From NCBI GenBank assembly GCA_965198115.1, contig OZ240241.1, forward strand, positions 1,568,001-1,632,000: a stretch of DNA of 64,000 nt, in the 5' to 3' direction. The notes beneath the pieces were generated by a model. That model saw only the letters and a list, made by a program, of their open reading frames with translations, had not been told where the DNA came from and did no database searches. The position numbers and the translations under genes are program-made. Shown in pieces: positions 50,745 to 61,465 of this stretch. Source of the DNA: Candidatus Latescibacterota bacterium (GTDB lineage Bacteria; Latescibacterota; UBA2968). Position 1 is the stretch's first letter. Each line of letters begins with the position of its first letter.

Positions 50745-51368
50745 TTAAGCAGAGATCGCCGGCGCTGCCTCTTGGTCCAGCGTGCGGTAAATCCACGCCA
50801 TCGCGAGTGACGTCACCGGCCAGACGACGATCCATCCCAGGAGCAGTGGGACGGCTCCGACAAGGAACAGCAGGATGCAAACGGCGAGGAAACCGATCAA
50901 CGCGAGCCTGTGCTCACGTGTTGCTCTTGAACTGGCCTTGAGTGCTTCGATTGGCCCCATTTCATATTCGACCATATAGAAGCCCCAGAGACTGAACTGA
51001 GCGCCCCAGATGATGCCGGGAACCAGGAGGAGGAGCAGGCCGACCAGGATGATGACTCCATACATAATCGAACCGAGAAGGTATTTGAACACGAGGTGTG
51101 CTCTGGCAAACAGGTCGGCAAACCCGAAGGTCCCCCCATCGACCAGCGTCACAACGATGTAGATCAGACCAACCGCAGTCACGTAGGAAAGAATCACGGT
51201 CGCGAACACGACCAATCCCCTGATCACGTGAGATCCGGGAAACACCCACTCGGTCGTCATCTGAGGAATGTGTATTAAGAAAACGAAAAGGTGAACGCCG
51301 ATCAGCAGTCCGGCGTTCTCCTTGAATAATTCCCACCCTCTTTTGAGCGCATCTCCAGTGCGGAACAT
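50745..51368 (-). CDS. Integral membrane protein (DUF975-like)
   Basis: GWELFK, LLLLVPGII, GPIEALKAS; several TM segments. Confidence 0.75.
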   Translation of the reverse strand: MFRTGDALKRGWELFKENAGLLIGVHLFVFLIHIPQMTTEWVFPGSHVIRGLVVFATVILSYVTAVGLIYIVVTLVDGGTFGFADLFARAHLVFKYLLGSIMYGVIILVGLLLLLVPGIIWGAQFSLWGFYMVEYEMGPIEALKASSRATREHRLALIGFLAVCILLFLVGAVPLLLGWIVVWPVTSLAMAWIYRTLDQEAAPAISA

Positions 51369-51498
51369 CGCTGTCTCCACCGGGAATCCCAGCACGTCTT
51401 GGCATTCCAGATTCGGCCCGGCGAAAGTATAAAACACGGGGCGGGACCGATGAAGCCCTTTAGGCACCGCTTCGATGTCGTGAGCGTAGGCGACGTCC

Positions 51499-52357
51499 CT
51501 ATCGCGCCCGTAGCGCCCTCTGCCACGCTCCCTTGATCTCATCCTTCGCCACGATGGCATCTTTCCAAATGTCCGGGAAGCACGCCAGTGCATAACCAGA
51601 GCCCTGGGGCCCCAGCTCGGGAACCGCATACAGCGTACTCCCGCTTCGTTGCGCCCTTTACCCAGGCCTTCAGGGCCGGAACCAGATAACCATCTCGCCA
51701 GAGGACGAAATCGCGATCGAGTCTCCCCCGACCGTCCGTGATCGGTGTCTGACAGTGGCTGCCGGTGAAAGGACGGAAGTGAATCAGTTGGCTCATCCGC
51801 CAGATATCCGAGCGGGCTGACAGACTCTTCCAGTAACCGGGAGGACGGATCTGCTTGATAATGGCCGGGTGAGAATGATCGAAGTTCATCCGGAGCTTCT
51901 TTTTGTAGCGCTTCTCATACGCACTGGCCAGCGCGAACGCTTTTTCAGGAGTTTCAGTGCACGTATCCCGGTGCACCTCGATCGCCGGCATCATATCCAG
52001 CTTCTCACCGGCGACGACGACAGCCCGTGCAACCTTCAGTGCATCGGCTGTCTTCGTATCGTGATCGCACAGCTGGACGTTCACGTGGATCGCACCGGCT
52101 TTCTTGAATCGCCTCAAGGTGGGTTCGGCCGACCTGACAGACCCCACATCCACACCGCCCACGAGCTCTAATCCGTGCTTGGCGAGGGCGTTCGCCAGCT
52201 CCGGGTCCGCGCCCGCACTCATGCCGTCGAATCCAGCCTCCTTCACGCGCTTCACTTTCGTTTCGACCGACCACGGTCGCTTTTCCGACGGGTAATCGCG
52301 TAGCGACCAGTCCGCAGCCATGATCTTGATCTTCGGTCGTACTCTTCGTTTCACCAT
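51499..52357 (-). CDS. Xylose isomerase-like TIM-barrel protein; frameshift near 51630
   Basis: VKEAGFDG, EVHRD, NFDHSH; continues in another frame as PELGPQGSGYAL..WKDA..ALRAR*. Confidence 0.75.
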
Positions 52358-52413
52358 CTCCCCTCCTCGATGTTCGGTTCACAGCCCTACAATTCTCGAT
52401 CTTCGATCTTCAA

Positions 52414-53874
52414 TCACATGGGTCCCACGCGATCCGGTCCCAAATCCAGCGCCCGTATCGACGCGTCGAAGCTCTGGTGCAAGAGATCCGCTTTGACCTC
52501 CTGGTGGTCGGGATCATCCCAAAGATTGTCGAATTCGTCGGGGTCCTTTTCCAGATCGTAGAGCTCTCCGAGCCCGTGGCCGTGATAGACGCAGAGCTTG
52601 TACTTCCGATTCCGATACATGGTCGCACGGCTCTCGCCTGGCTGATCGATCGCGTCGAAATACTCGCAGCGCACGGCGTTGCGATGGTGTGAGGGGTCCT
52701 GCTCGCCCAGCAGAATCGGGAGCAGCGACCGCCCCTCCACATACGCTGGAACCGTCTCCCCTGCAAACTCGAGGATCGTCGGCATCACATCCATGATCTC
52801 CACAAGCGCCTCGCTCACGACCCCTTTTTTGATACGTCCTGGACAGAAGAAAACGAGGGGAACGCGAACGAGCCCATCGTAGAATCGACACCCTTTCTGA
52901 ATCAGCCCGTGGTCCCCCAACGTTTCGCCGTGATCGCTCATGAAAATGACGATCGTATTCTCGAGCTGGCCGGTCTCCTCGAGCGCGAAAAGCATCCGTC
53001 CGACCTGATCGTCGATCAGCTTGATCATGGCGTAGTAGGCCGCCTGCAGGGTTTTGTCGTCGCGCCCTCCGGGTCCCTGCGCATCGACGAGCCCGGGCGT
53101 CATCGATCGCGGGACGATCGGGCTGTTGATGTCGAGTTGGGAAGGATCCTGTCCTTTAGATTGAAAATCGACGTGTTCCAGTTTCTTCTGCTGCTCGAGG
53201 TCGGACGACCTGAAAAGCGCGCCCGGCATATCCTTCGGATCGAACTGATCCCGATACGTCTTGGGCGGATTGAACGGAGGGTGTGGATCGTAGATGTTCA
53301 CGCTCGCCAGCCACGGAGCGCCGTCACGGTTCCCCTTGATAAATTCGATCGTTTTTTCCGCACACCACGTCGTCTGGTGGTATTCGGCCGGCACTCCATC
53401 GACGCTCTTGGTGAGCTCGCCCAGTATCTCTCCCTGTTGGCGTACCCAGTCAGCGTAGTCGTGCCCAGTCTCCCAGTCATCCCGCGGTGCGTGGCTGTAT
53501 TGCCAGTAGCGATATCCGTCGTCCGCACGCGGCTCGATGCGGCCATAAGCGCCCGCCAGATGCAGTTTCCCGATCAACCCGCAGTCGTAGCCCGTGTCCG
53601 CCAGCATCCGTGTGACCAGTGGCGGCGCGTCGTTAGGGAATACATCGTTCCCGTTCCGGTTCATGCGGATCGTGCTGGCGTAAAGACCCGTTAGAAAGCT
53701 CGCCCTGCTCGGTGTACAGATCGGGCTCTGGCAGTACGCATAGTCAAAGGCCACCCCGTCCCGGACCAGCCGATCGATATTCGGCGTCGACACATACCGA
53801 TTCCCGAGTGCGGCGATCGAATCGTATCGCTGTTGGTCCGTACAGATCCACAGGATGTTCGGCCGCTCTCTCAT
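52414..53874 (-). CDS. Sulfatase
   Basis: PNILWICTDQQR, CTPSR, GKLH, PHPP, SDHG, ELYDLEKDPDE. Confidence 0.93.
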   Translation of the reverse strand: MRERPNILWICTDQQRYDSIAALGNRYVSTPNIDRLVRDGVAFDYAYCQSPICTPSRASFLTGLYASTIRMNRNGNDVFPNDAPPLVTRMLADTGYDCGLIGKLHLAGAYGRIEPRADDGYRYWQYSHAPRDDWETGHDYADWVRQQGEILGELTKSVDGVPAEYHQTTWCAEKTIEFIKGNRDGAPWLASVNIYDPHPPFNPPKTYRDQFDPKDMPGALFRSSDLEQQKKLEHVDFQSKGQDPSQLDINSPIVPRSMTPGLVDAQGPGGRDDKTLQAAYYAMIKLIDDQVGRMLFALEETGQLENTIVIFMSDHGETLGDHGLIQKGCRFYDGLVRVPLVFFCPGRIKKGVVSEALVEIMDVMPTILEFAGETVPAYVEGRSLLPILLGEQDPSHHRNAVRCEYFDAIDQPGESRATMYRNRKYKLCVYHGHGLGELYDLEKDPDEFDNLWDDPDHQEVKADLLHQSFDASIRALDLGPDRVGPM

Positions 53875-54752
53875 GCAGTCACCTTCACTCGGCGGGCTCG
53901 GCCATTCGTAGCCGGCGGCCGCTCCACCACGTCGAGCCCGGCCCGGAACCAGTCGCGGAGAGCCGTCCGATCGTTGGCGGAACGTCGCGCCACGTGCCCA
54001 CTCGCTGCCGTCAGGTCCAACTTGCAAACGACATCTTCCTCAGAGAAGAACCCCGCTTCGGCCAGCACGTTTCCATCGGGGTGGATCACCTTGGACTCGC
54101 CGTGAGAGGACGACGCCGATTGAAGATCGTCCGCGTGAGCAGGCGCATTGGCCATCACCAGGTAGATCCCGTTCTCCGTGGCTCGGCTGATCGGCATCGC
54201 ACGATAGGCCGAAAGCTTGTATTCGGCCTCGATCGTAGACTCGCAGCTGCAGAAAAAACAAACCTTCGCACCAGCGGCGGCAGGAAGACGGACCAGCTCC
54301 GGATACCTCACATCGTGACAGATGATGAAGCAGCACGGGACGCCGCACAGCCTGTAAATGGGCAGGTGCTGTGAGGGTTCACACCATTTCTCCCCCGCCA
54401 GGTGGATCTTGCCGTATCGCCCCTGAACGGCGCCGTCCCGATCGATCACCAACAGACTGTTCATGCGATCGGCCCCCTCCATATGGGCGGTGCCCAAAAT
54501 GGCGGCGATCCCATACCGCCGGCACGCCCGGATCACACGAGCCTCGGCCGCTGGCAATCTCTTCGGATCCAACCGGTTCCAGAACGAGGGTTTGCTCGTA
54601 TAACCGTAGAGGAACCCCTCCTGGAAGGCAGCCACCTCGACACCTTTCGAAGCCAGCTCCTTCAGCTTGGCAACCGCTCTACCCGCATTCGCTTCGATGT
54701 CCTGACCGACTTGCATCTGAACAGCCGCAACCGTCAACGTTTTCCTGGCCAT
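53871..54752 (-). CDS. Carbon-nitrogen hydrolase (nitrilase family)
   Basis: FQE, YGKIHL, ICHDVRYPE (E-K-C triad), RATEN. Confidence 0.9.
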   Translation of the reverse strand: MARKTLTVAAVQMQVGQDIEANAGRAVAKLKELASKGVEVAAFQEGFLYGYTSKPSFWNRLDPKRLPAAEARVIRACRRYGIAAILGTAHMEGADRMNSLLVIDRDGAVQGRYGKIHLAGEKWCEPSQHLPIYRLCGVPCCFIICHDVRYPELVRLPAAAGAKVCFFCSCESTIEAEYKLSAYRAMPISRATENGIYLVMANAPAHADDLQSASSSHGESKVIHPDGNVLAEAGFFSEEDVVCKLDLTAASGHVARRSANDRTALRDWFRAGLDVVERPPATNGRARRVKVTA

Positions 54753-55380
54753 TTGGTCTCCCCCTCTCGATGCCCGACAGAGAATTTTGTCTCAGGCATG
54801 TCTGCAGTTCGCTACCCAGTCCTCTGTGCTCCAGAGCATTCTCTGGTCAATCATCACTTGTCACCTGTCAATGGTCACTGCCCAGCGTGTCTCTCAACCA
54901 TTTCAGCTTCCGCTGCTGGTGCAGGGTATGTCCGCCCTCGTGCTTGTTGTAGCGATAAATCTCGATCGACTTCTCGACCGAAGCAGGGAGTCGGTTGTAG
55001 GAAGCAAACACGGTCGATGGCGGACAAATATCATCCCACAAGCCGACGGAATAGTAGGCGTGCGTCACCTTGACCATCTCGACGAGATTCATGTTGTCGA
55101 AGTAGGACAACGTCTCGAACGCGCCGTCGATCTGCTCCGGATGCTTTTTCATAAAGTCCGTAATTTCCTCATACGGACCTACGGCGATGTCGATCGCACG
55201 CTCAAAATGTGACAGCCAGGGCACATCGGGCGCCATTGCACGAACGTGATCCGACAGCGCCGCGCACGCGATCGTCAGCGCGCCACCCTGGCTCCCACCG
55301 ATCGTCGCGATCCGTTCACCATCGACTTCCTCCCTTACCATGATCGCTTCGACCGCCCTGACCGTGTCGAGATAAAAATT

Positions 55381-56800
55381 GGCTCTATCCGGGTTTCTCA
55401 ACGGTGAAACTATAGAATGACAAGGTCATAGATCGTTCCCTACGCTTGGTTGTGTGTGTAGGACAATCAAAGCGAAGGGGGTGCGACCTATGACCGGGAG
55501 CAGATTACTATCGAAACTGCTGAGATTCAAGGGGTTCCGTGTTGTCAGCTGGTGGTTTGAGGGGAGAAGCTGCTTCGTCATCGCCGTAAAGCCACATAAG
55601 AATGGTTGTTGTTGTCCGGAGTGCGGCCGTCGAGGTAAAATCGTCCGCACAATGCCCCATCCGCGTCGGTGGCGTGACATTCCGGTGTGCGGGTGGAGGG
55701 TCTGGCTTCTCTACCATCCTCGGGAGATTCGGTGTCCTACCCACGGTCGTGTGGTCGAGGAGATTCCGTGGGCGGAGCGGTTCTCTCGGGTGACGTATCG
55801 CTTCGAGTATGCCATGCTGCGCTACTGCCAGACCATGACGCAGAAGGCGGCGTCCGAGTTACTGCGCATCTCTGCCTCGACGCTGTCGGATCTCCTTCAC
55901 CGATCCATCACGCGGCTTCGTGAAGGTCATCGTATCCGAGGGCTCAAAACCATCGGGATCGACGAGATCTCCTACGCCAAGCGTCACAGGTACGCCACGC
56001 TCGTTTACGATCTGGACCGCTCCTGCGTGGTGTGGGTTGGCCGCGGCAGGGCGCGTAAAACGATCGATCGGTTCTTCACAGAGGCTCTCAGTCCCTACCG
56101 GAGATCCAAGATCGAGTGGGCCTGCTGCGACATGAGCGAAGCTTACATCGGAGCCATCCAGGAACACTGTCCGAATGCCAAGCTGGTCCTCGATCGCTTT
56201 CACATCGTCAAGGCTCTCAATGCCGCCGTTGACGAGGTCCGTAAGGACCAGTGGCGTAAAGCTGCCCCGGATGAGCGCAAAGCCATGAAGGGCCTCCGAT
56301 GGCTCCTCTACCGGCACTCAGCGACACGCTCCAGAGGGGATACTCGGACACTCAAAGCACTGGAGAAGGCGAACTACCGAATCTATAGAGCCTGGAGACT
56401 CAAGGACGAGTTCGAGCAGTTCTGGGAATACAAAGCGCCCTGGGCTGCCGAACGCTTCCTGAAATGCTGGACGACGTCCGCACTCAGAAGTCGACTTGAA
56501 CCCCTGCGAAAGTTCGTCAGGACCCTGCGACAGCACTTCTTCGGCGTCCTCGCATTCGTGAACACGCGTCTTACCAACGCCATCGCCGAAGGCCTCAACC
56601 GAATCGTCCAAATCGTCAAGAACCGAGCCAGCGGATTCCGCACACTCGACGCATTCAACGATATGATCTTCCTTACCGTCGGAGACATAAACATCCCTGA
56701 GCAGATTCCGAAGAGGTTCCGCACACGCTAACCGCGCCCCCATGCCAGGAACCACGGCACCTTCACCCACTTCATCTCGTTGAGAGATCCGGATATAGCC
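55381..56800 (+). mobile_element. ISL3-family IS, 1420 bp, copy 1
   Basis: IRL GGCTCTATCCGGGTTTCTCAACG; IRR reverse complement GGCTATATCCGGATCTCTCAACG; 8-bp TSD TAAAAATT. Confidence 0.96.
55490..56731 (+). CDS. ISL3 transposase
   Basis: CPECG zinc finger, IGIDE, CDMS, DRFH, TNAIAEGLN. Confidence 0.95.
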   Translation: MTGSRLLSKLLRFKGFRVVSWWFEGRSCFVIAVKPHKNGCCCPECGRRGKIVRTMPHPRRWRDIPVCGWRVWLLYHPREIRCPTHGRVVEEIPWAERFSRVTYRFEYAMLRYCQTMTQKAASELLRISASTLSDLLHRSITRLREGHRIRGLKTIGIDEISYAKRHRYATLVYDLDRSCVVWVGRGRARKTIDRFFTEALSPYRRSKIEWACCDMSEAYIGAIQEHCPNAKLVLDRFHIVKALNAAVDEVRKDQWRKAAPDERKAMKGLRWLLYRHSATRSRGDTRTLKALEKANYRIYRAWRLKDEFEQFWEYKAPWAAERFLKCWTTSALRSRLEPLRKFVRTLRQHFFGVLAFVNTRLTNAIAEGLNRIVQIVKNRASGFRTLDAFNDMIFLTVGDINIPEQIPKRFRTR

Positions 56801-57431
56801 TAAAAATTTCGGTAATAGTACTCTTCCTTACTCATAATCCCGTGCGTGATGAAGCCGCGCATGCCGCCGTGTGTCGACGTCAGGGCCTGTCCTGTCTGAC
56901 CTCCCTGACCTCGTGAATCCATGATGAAGGCGCAGAACCCGTTCAGCACGTGATGCGCGAGGGCGTGCGGGTAGTCGCGTCCCCCCGAATATCCGATGAA
57001 CTGGACCACAGTCGGAAGAGGTCCGCTCAGGTGACCGGGCGTCACGAACCACCCTTTCACCCGAACGCCATCGACACCGTCGAACCCGACATCGTAGACA
57101 TTGGCCTCGGGCAGAACGTCTCCGACCTTTTCGAAAGACGGGTTGAGAGGGACTTCACGGCTTTCCGCGATCGAACCACACCAGAAGGCCTCGAAGTCGT
57201 CCCGGGCCGTCGACGCGGGTTTATAGTCGATCAGCTTCTCGAGCGGCCAGTCAACCGATCCCATTCCGGTTCCTTTCTTTGCTACAGAATGTTTCGTCTG
57301 TCGGTAGAAAGCGTGACGATCGATTCCTCACGGGAATGCGGTACGCGGACTCACGATTGCGCGCCGACTGGTTGCGGTCCTCGAAGATTGTTCTCCACGA
57401 CAGCGACGCGTTTTCGCGCCGGTTCGAAGTA

Positions 57432-57508
57432 CCCAGGGCTGGGCCCGCCTTCGCATAGCTACGGCGGGCTGACGCCCTGGGCTAAGATCTGCCGCCCTTT
57501 CAGGGCGG
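57432..57508. repeat. Two-hairpin REP unit with a 30-nt palindromic insertion
   Basis: cccagggctg[ggcccgccttcgcatagctacggcgggctg]acgccctggg + ccgccctttcagggcgg. Confidence 0.65.
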
Positions 57509-57582
57509 AAACCCTCATCCCCGGTGGCCACCGCGCAACTCGCAGGACATGATCGACGTTTTCGATCTTCAATTCTCGATAC

Positions 57583-57837
57583 TCAATTCTCGATTTCCGG
57601 TCCGACCCTGGCCGAAGCGGCGCCTGCTATGGACCAGGTTTCTCGATCCTGCACGTAAGCGACGATGGTCAGGTGTTCCGTGTCCGCGTCGGGGGGCAGA
57701 TCCAGACGTAGACGCCCGCGCGCAGGCGTCTCCCTCAACCCCACCGTCTTGAAGGCTCGAACGACTTTCGAGTGGGAGAGCGACCGTCCCGCATTCTCTC
57801 CAGATCTTACTTCGGTCTGAATTTCGTCTTCGACTAG
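57583..57837 (-). pseudogene. 3' remnant of a DUF1223-like gene, truncated by IS630
   Basis: Manual translation LVEDEIQTEVRSGENAGRSLSHSKVVRAF..IVAYVQDRETWSIAGAA..*; no start codon. Confidence 0.72.
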
Positions 57838-58032
57838 TGTCGTGTCCCGCGAATAAGTTTTAGAAGTCTGTTGAGTTTGTCGAGGATCGAGTCAGCGGTT
57901 GCCGTCCACACGAAAGGCTTTGAGTTCTGATTGTATTGGTCTGTGAACTTCTGGATGCAGGTGATCAGATCCTTGACGTTCCGAAAGGTTCCTCGTCGGA
58001 TTGCTCTTTGTGTGATGATGCCGAACCAGATC
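57834..58032 (-). mobile_element. IS630-family remnant (transposase C-terminus and right end)
   Basis: IWFGIITQRAIRRGTFRNVKDL..YNQNSKPFVWTATADSILDK..GTRH*, ending at CTAG (TA target). Confidence 0.88.
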
Positions 58033-58765
58033 GAGCTATAATCAAAAGGTGTGGAAAAAGAGAAAGGGCGACCCTACCCTTCCCGTGAGATAGTTGATTC
58101 ACACAAAACCGGGTGAGAGGCCCGGTTGGGAAGGAGGATCGCCGTGAAGGAACATACGCATAGAGCCCCATTGAAGTCCATGCCGACGTGGGAGACGGTT
58201 GACGATTGGATCCGTGAAGAGATCCAGGGCCGGTTCCAGTCCATTCTGGAGGAGGAGGCGACCGCGTTCTTGGGCCGGTCGTGGTATGAGCGCCGAGCCG
58301 AGGTCGATAGCTCCACGGGCTACAGGAACGGCTACGGCAAGCCCCGGCGTCTCTCGACGAGCTGCGGAACGATCAAGGTCCGGCGTCCCCGGGTTCGTGG
58401 TCTGGAAGAGCGGTTTGAAAGCCGCATCCTCCCCCTGTTCGCCCGGAGAACCAGGGCCATTGGAGATCTGCTTCCCGACCTTTATCTCCACGGTCTCTCC
58501 CAGGGCGACTTCGAGTTGTCTTTGCGTGCGCTGCTCGGTGATGGCGCGCCGCTTTCGCCGACCTCGATCGCTCGTCTTCGAGGGAAGTGGGAGGTCGACT
58601 TCCAGGACTGGAAAGAAAGGCGTCTGGATAATCGCGAACTGGTCTACGCCTGGGCTGATGGCATCTACGTCAAAGCCGGGCTCGAGCGCGAGAAGGCGTG
58701 TCTGCTGGTCGTGATCGGCGCGATGAGCGACGGCAGCAAGGAGATCCTGGCGATAGAACCCGGCA
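58033..58765 (+). mobile_element. IS256-family element, 5' part only
   Basis: YRNGY, VRRPRVR, LYLHGLSQGDF, YAWADGIY, GSKEILAI; similarity ends at the ISAzo13 end. Confidence 0.9.
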
Positions 58766-58823
58766 AGGGTTTGCCACGAAATAAGTGCTGCACTTTTCAA
58801 GGTAATGATCTTACGCTCGGAGT

Positions 58824-60027
58824 GTGGACGTCGAAACTCTCCGAACGAAGTATGAAGCCTTGGCTCCGGTGCTGACGGAACGCACGCGTCGTCTGTGGGC
58901 CGCCACGGAAGCCGAAGCGTTGGGTCACGGTGGGATCGCGATTGTGGCTCTGGCGACAGGAATGTCCAGAGAGCGGATCTTTCGTGGCATTCAGGAGTTG
59001 AGGTCGGACGAACCTTTGGACCCGGCTCGCATCCGGCGTCCAGGCGGCGGTCGTAAGCGGAAGGCCGACACGGACCCGACGCTGTGGCAGGACCTGAATG
59101 ATCTGGTCGAGCCAACGACTGCGGGGTCGCCTGACGACAATCCTCTGAGATGGACATCGAAGAGCACTCGCAAACTGGCCGCCGAGTTGCAAGCGATGGG
59201 GCATTCGGTGAGCCCCAGGATCGTTGCCAATCTCCTGCACGAACACGATTACACGCTGCAGGCGAATCGGAAGACAAGGGAGGGATCTGCACACCCGGAT
59301 CGGGACGCTCAGTTCGTTTACCTCGATGATCGGATTAGCCAGCAGCAGCAGCAGGGCCTTCCCGTTATCTCGGTGGACACCAAGAAGAAAGAGTTGATCG
59401 GCGACTTCAAGAATCCTGGCCGAGAATGGCGACCCAAGGGAGACCCGGAGCGTGTGAAGGTACACGATTTCATAGTGCCTGCTCAGGGCAAGGCGATCCC
59501 TTATGGAGTGTATGATCTGAGCCGTGATGAAGGCTGGGTAAGTGTCGGTATCGATCACGACACGGCCAGCTTCGCCGTGAATGCGATCCGAAGTTGGTGG
59601 AAGAACATGGGACGGCCCGCCTACGGCACTTCGACGCATCTGCTAATCACGGCGGACGCAGGCGGCAGCAACGGCGCCAAGACGCGGCTGTGGAAGTGGG
59701 AGCTGCAGCGCTTTGCGAATCGCACTGGCCTGACGATCACCGTATGCCACTACCCTCCTGGCACTAGTAAGTGGAACAAGATCGAACATCGCCTGTTCTC
59801 CTTCATCGCTATGAACTGGCGAGGCAAGCCCCTGGTCAGCCTGGCTGCAACCGTGAATCTCATTGCCGGAACGACCACTCAAGCCGGTCTCCGAGTACGA
59901 GATCGACAAGCGACCCTACCCTAACGGGGTCAAGGTGACCGATGAACAGATGACCCAAATCGATCTCACTCCGCACGATTTCCACGGCGACTGGAACTAC
60001 ACGATCCGGCCAATGGCTCAACATTGA
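58824..60027 (+). CDS. ISAzo13 transposase; frameshift near 59898
   Basis: RRPGGGRK, LRWTSKS, ISVDTKKKE, ITADAGGSN, PPGTSKWNKIEHRLF; continues as YPNGVKV..FHGDWNYTI. Confidence 0.92.
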
Positions 60028-60045
60028 GATCGACCGTTTATTTAT

Positions 60046-61465
60046 GGCTATATCCGGATCTCTCAACGAGATGAAGTGGGTGAAGGTGCCGTGGTTCCTG
60101 GCATGGGGGCGCGGTTAGCGTGTGCGGAACCTCTTCGGAATCTGCTCAGGGATGTTTATGTCTCCGACGGTAAGGAAGATCATATCGTTGAATGCGTCGA
60201 GTGTGCGGAATCCGCTGGCTCGGTTCTTGACGATTTGGACGATTCGGTTGAGGCCTTCGGCGATGGCGTTGGTAAGACGCGTGTTCACGAATGCGAGGAC
60301 GCCGAAGAAGTGCTGTCGCAGGGTCCTGACGAACTTTCGCAGGGGTTCAAGTCGACTTCTGAGTGCGGACGTCGTCCAGCATTTCAGGAAGCGTTCGGCA
60401 GCCCAGGGCGCTTTGTATTCCCAGAACTGCTCGAACTCGTCCTTGAGTCTCCAGGCTCTATAGATTCGGTAGTTCGCCTTCTCCAGTGCTTTGAGTGTCC
60501 GAGTATCCCCTCTGGAGCGTGTCGCTGAGTGCCGGTAGAGGAGCCATCGGAGGCCCTTCATGGCTTTGCGCTCATCCGGGGCAGCTTTACGCCACTGGTC
60601 CTTACGGACCTCGTCAACGGCGGCATTGAGAGCCTTGACGATGTGAAAGCGATCGAGGACCAGCTTGGCATTCGGACAGTGTTCCTGGATGGCTCCGATG
60701 TAAGCTTCGCTCATGTCGCAGCAGGCCCACTCGATCTTGGATCTCCGGTAGGGACTGAGAGCCTCTGTGAAGAACCGATCGATCGTTTTACGCGCCCTGC
60801 CGCGGCCAACCCACACCACGCAGGAGCGGTCCAGATCGTAAACGAGCGTGGCGTACCTGTGACGCTTGGCGTAGGAGATCTCGTCGATCCCGATGGTTTT
60901 GAGCCCTCGGATACGATGACCTTCACGAAGCCGCGTGATGGATCGGTGAAGGAGATCCGACAGCGTCGAGGCAGAGATGCGCAGTAACTCGGACGCCGCC
61001 TTCTGCGTCATGGTCTGGCAGTAGCGCAGCATGGCATACTCGAAGCGATACGTCACCCGAGAGAACCGCTCCGCCCACGGAATCTCCTCGACCACACGAC
61101 CGTGGGTAGGACACCGAATCTCCCGAGGATGGTAGAGAAGCCAGACCCTCCACCCGCACACCGGAATGTCACGCCACCGACGCGGATGGGGCATTGTGCG
61201 GACGATTTTACCTCGACGGCCGCACTCCGGACAACAACAACCATTCTTATGTGGCTTTACGGCGATGACGAAGCAGCTTCTCCCCTCAAACCACCAGCTG
61301 ACAACACGGAACCCCTTGAATCTCAGCAGTTTCGATAGTAATCTGCTCCCGGTCATAGGTCGCACCCCCTTCGCTTTGATTGTCCTACACACACAACCAA
61401 GCGTAGGGAACGATCTATGACCTTGTCATTCTATAGTTTCACCGTTGAGAAACCCGGATAGAGCC
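60046..61465 (-). mobile_element. ISL3-family IS, copy 2 (inverted)
   Basis: Same IRs and identical translated protein as copy 1; 8-bp TSD TTATTTAT. Confidence 0.96.
60115..61356 (-). CDS. ISL3 transposase
   Basis: Identical translation to 55490-56731. Confidence 0.95.
   Translation of the reverse strand: MTGSRLLSKLLRFKGFRVVSWWFEGRSCFVIAVKPHKNGCCCPECGRRGKIVRTMPHPRRWRDIPVCGWRVWLLYHPREIRCPTHGRVVEEIPWAERFSRVTYRFEYAMLRYCQTMTQKAASELLRISASTLSDLLHRSITRLREGHRIRGLKTIGIDEISYAKRHRYATLVYDLDRSCVVWVGRGRARKTIDRFFTEALSPYRRSKIEWACCDMSEAYIGAIQEHCPNAKLVLDRFHIVKALNAAVDEVRKDQWRKAAPDERKAMKGLRWLLYRHSATRSRGDTRTLKALEKANYRIYRAWRLKDEFEQFWEYKAPWAAERFLKCWTTSALRSRLEPLRKFVRTLRQHFFGVLAFVNTRLTNAIAEGLNRIVQIVKNRASGFRTLDAFNDMIFLTVGDINIPEQIPKRFRTR

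Larger units (their letters stand above)
54868..57264 (-). pseudogene. Acetylxylan esterase / cephalosporin-C deacetylase (CE7) interrupted by ISL3
   Basis: DFEAFW, DSRGQG, YYYRNF | YLDTVRAV, GGSQGG, DDICPPST, KHE; the frame rejoins if the IS and one TSD are removed. Confidence 0.93.

Noticed and set aside
6960-59900. Frameshifts in the radical SAM, ychF-like, Fe-ADH, GH39-like, BNR, 33-kb hypothetical, TIM-barrel and ISAzo13 genes as programmed frameshifting or mass pseudogenisation
   Set aside because: They are small indels, several in short homopolymers, in otherwise well-conserved genes, with no shared slippery motif. Sequencing or assembly error is the simpler explanation; read data are needed to confirm.
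55381-61465. Composite transposon bounded by the two ISL3 copies
   Set aside because: Each copy has its own distinct TSD, so they are independent insertions.
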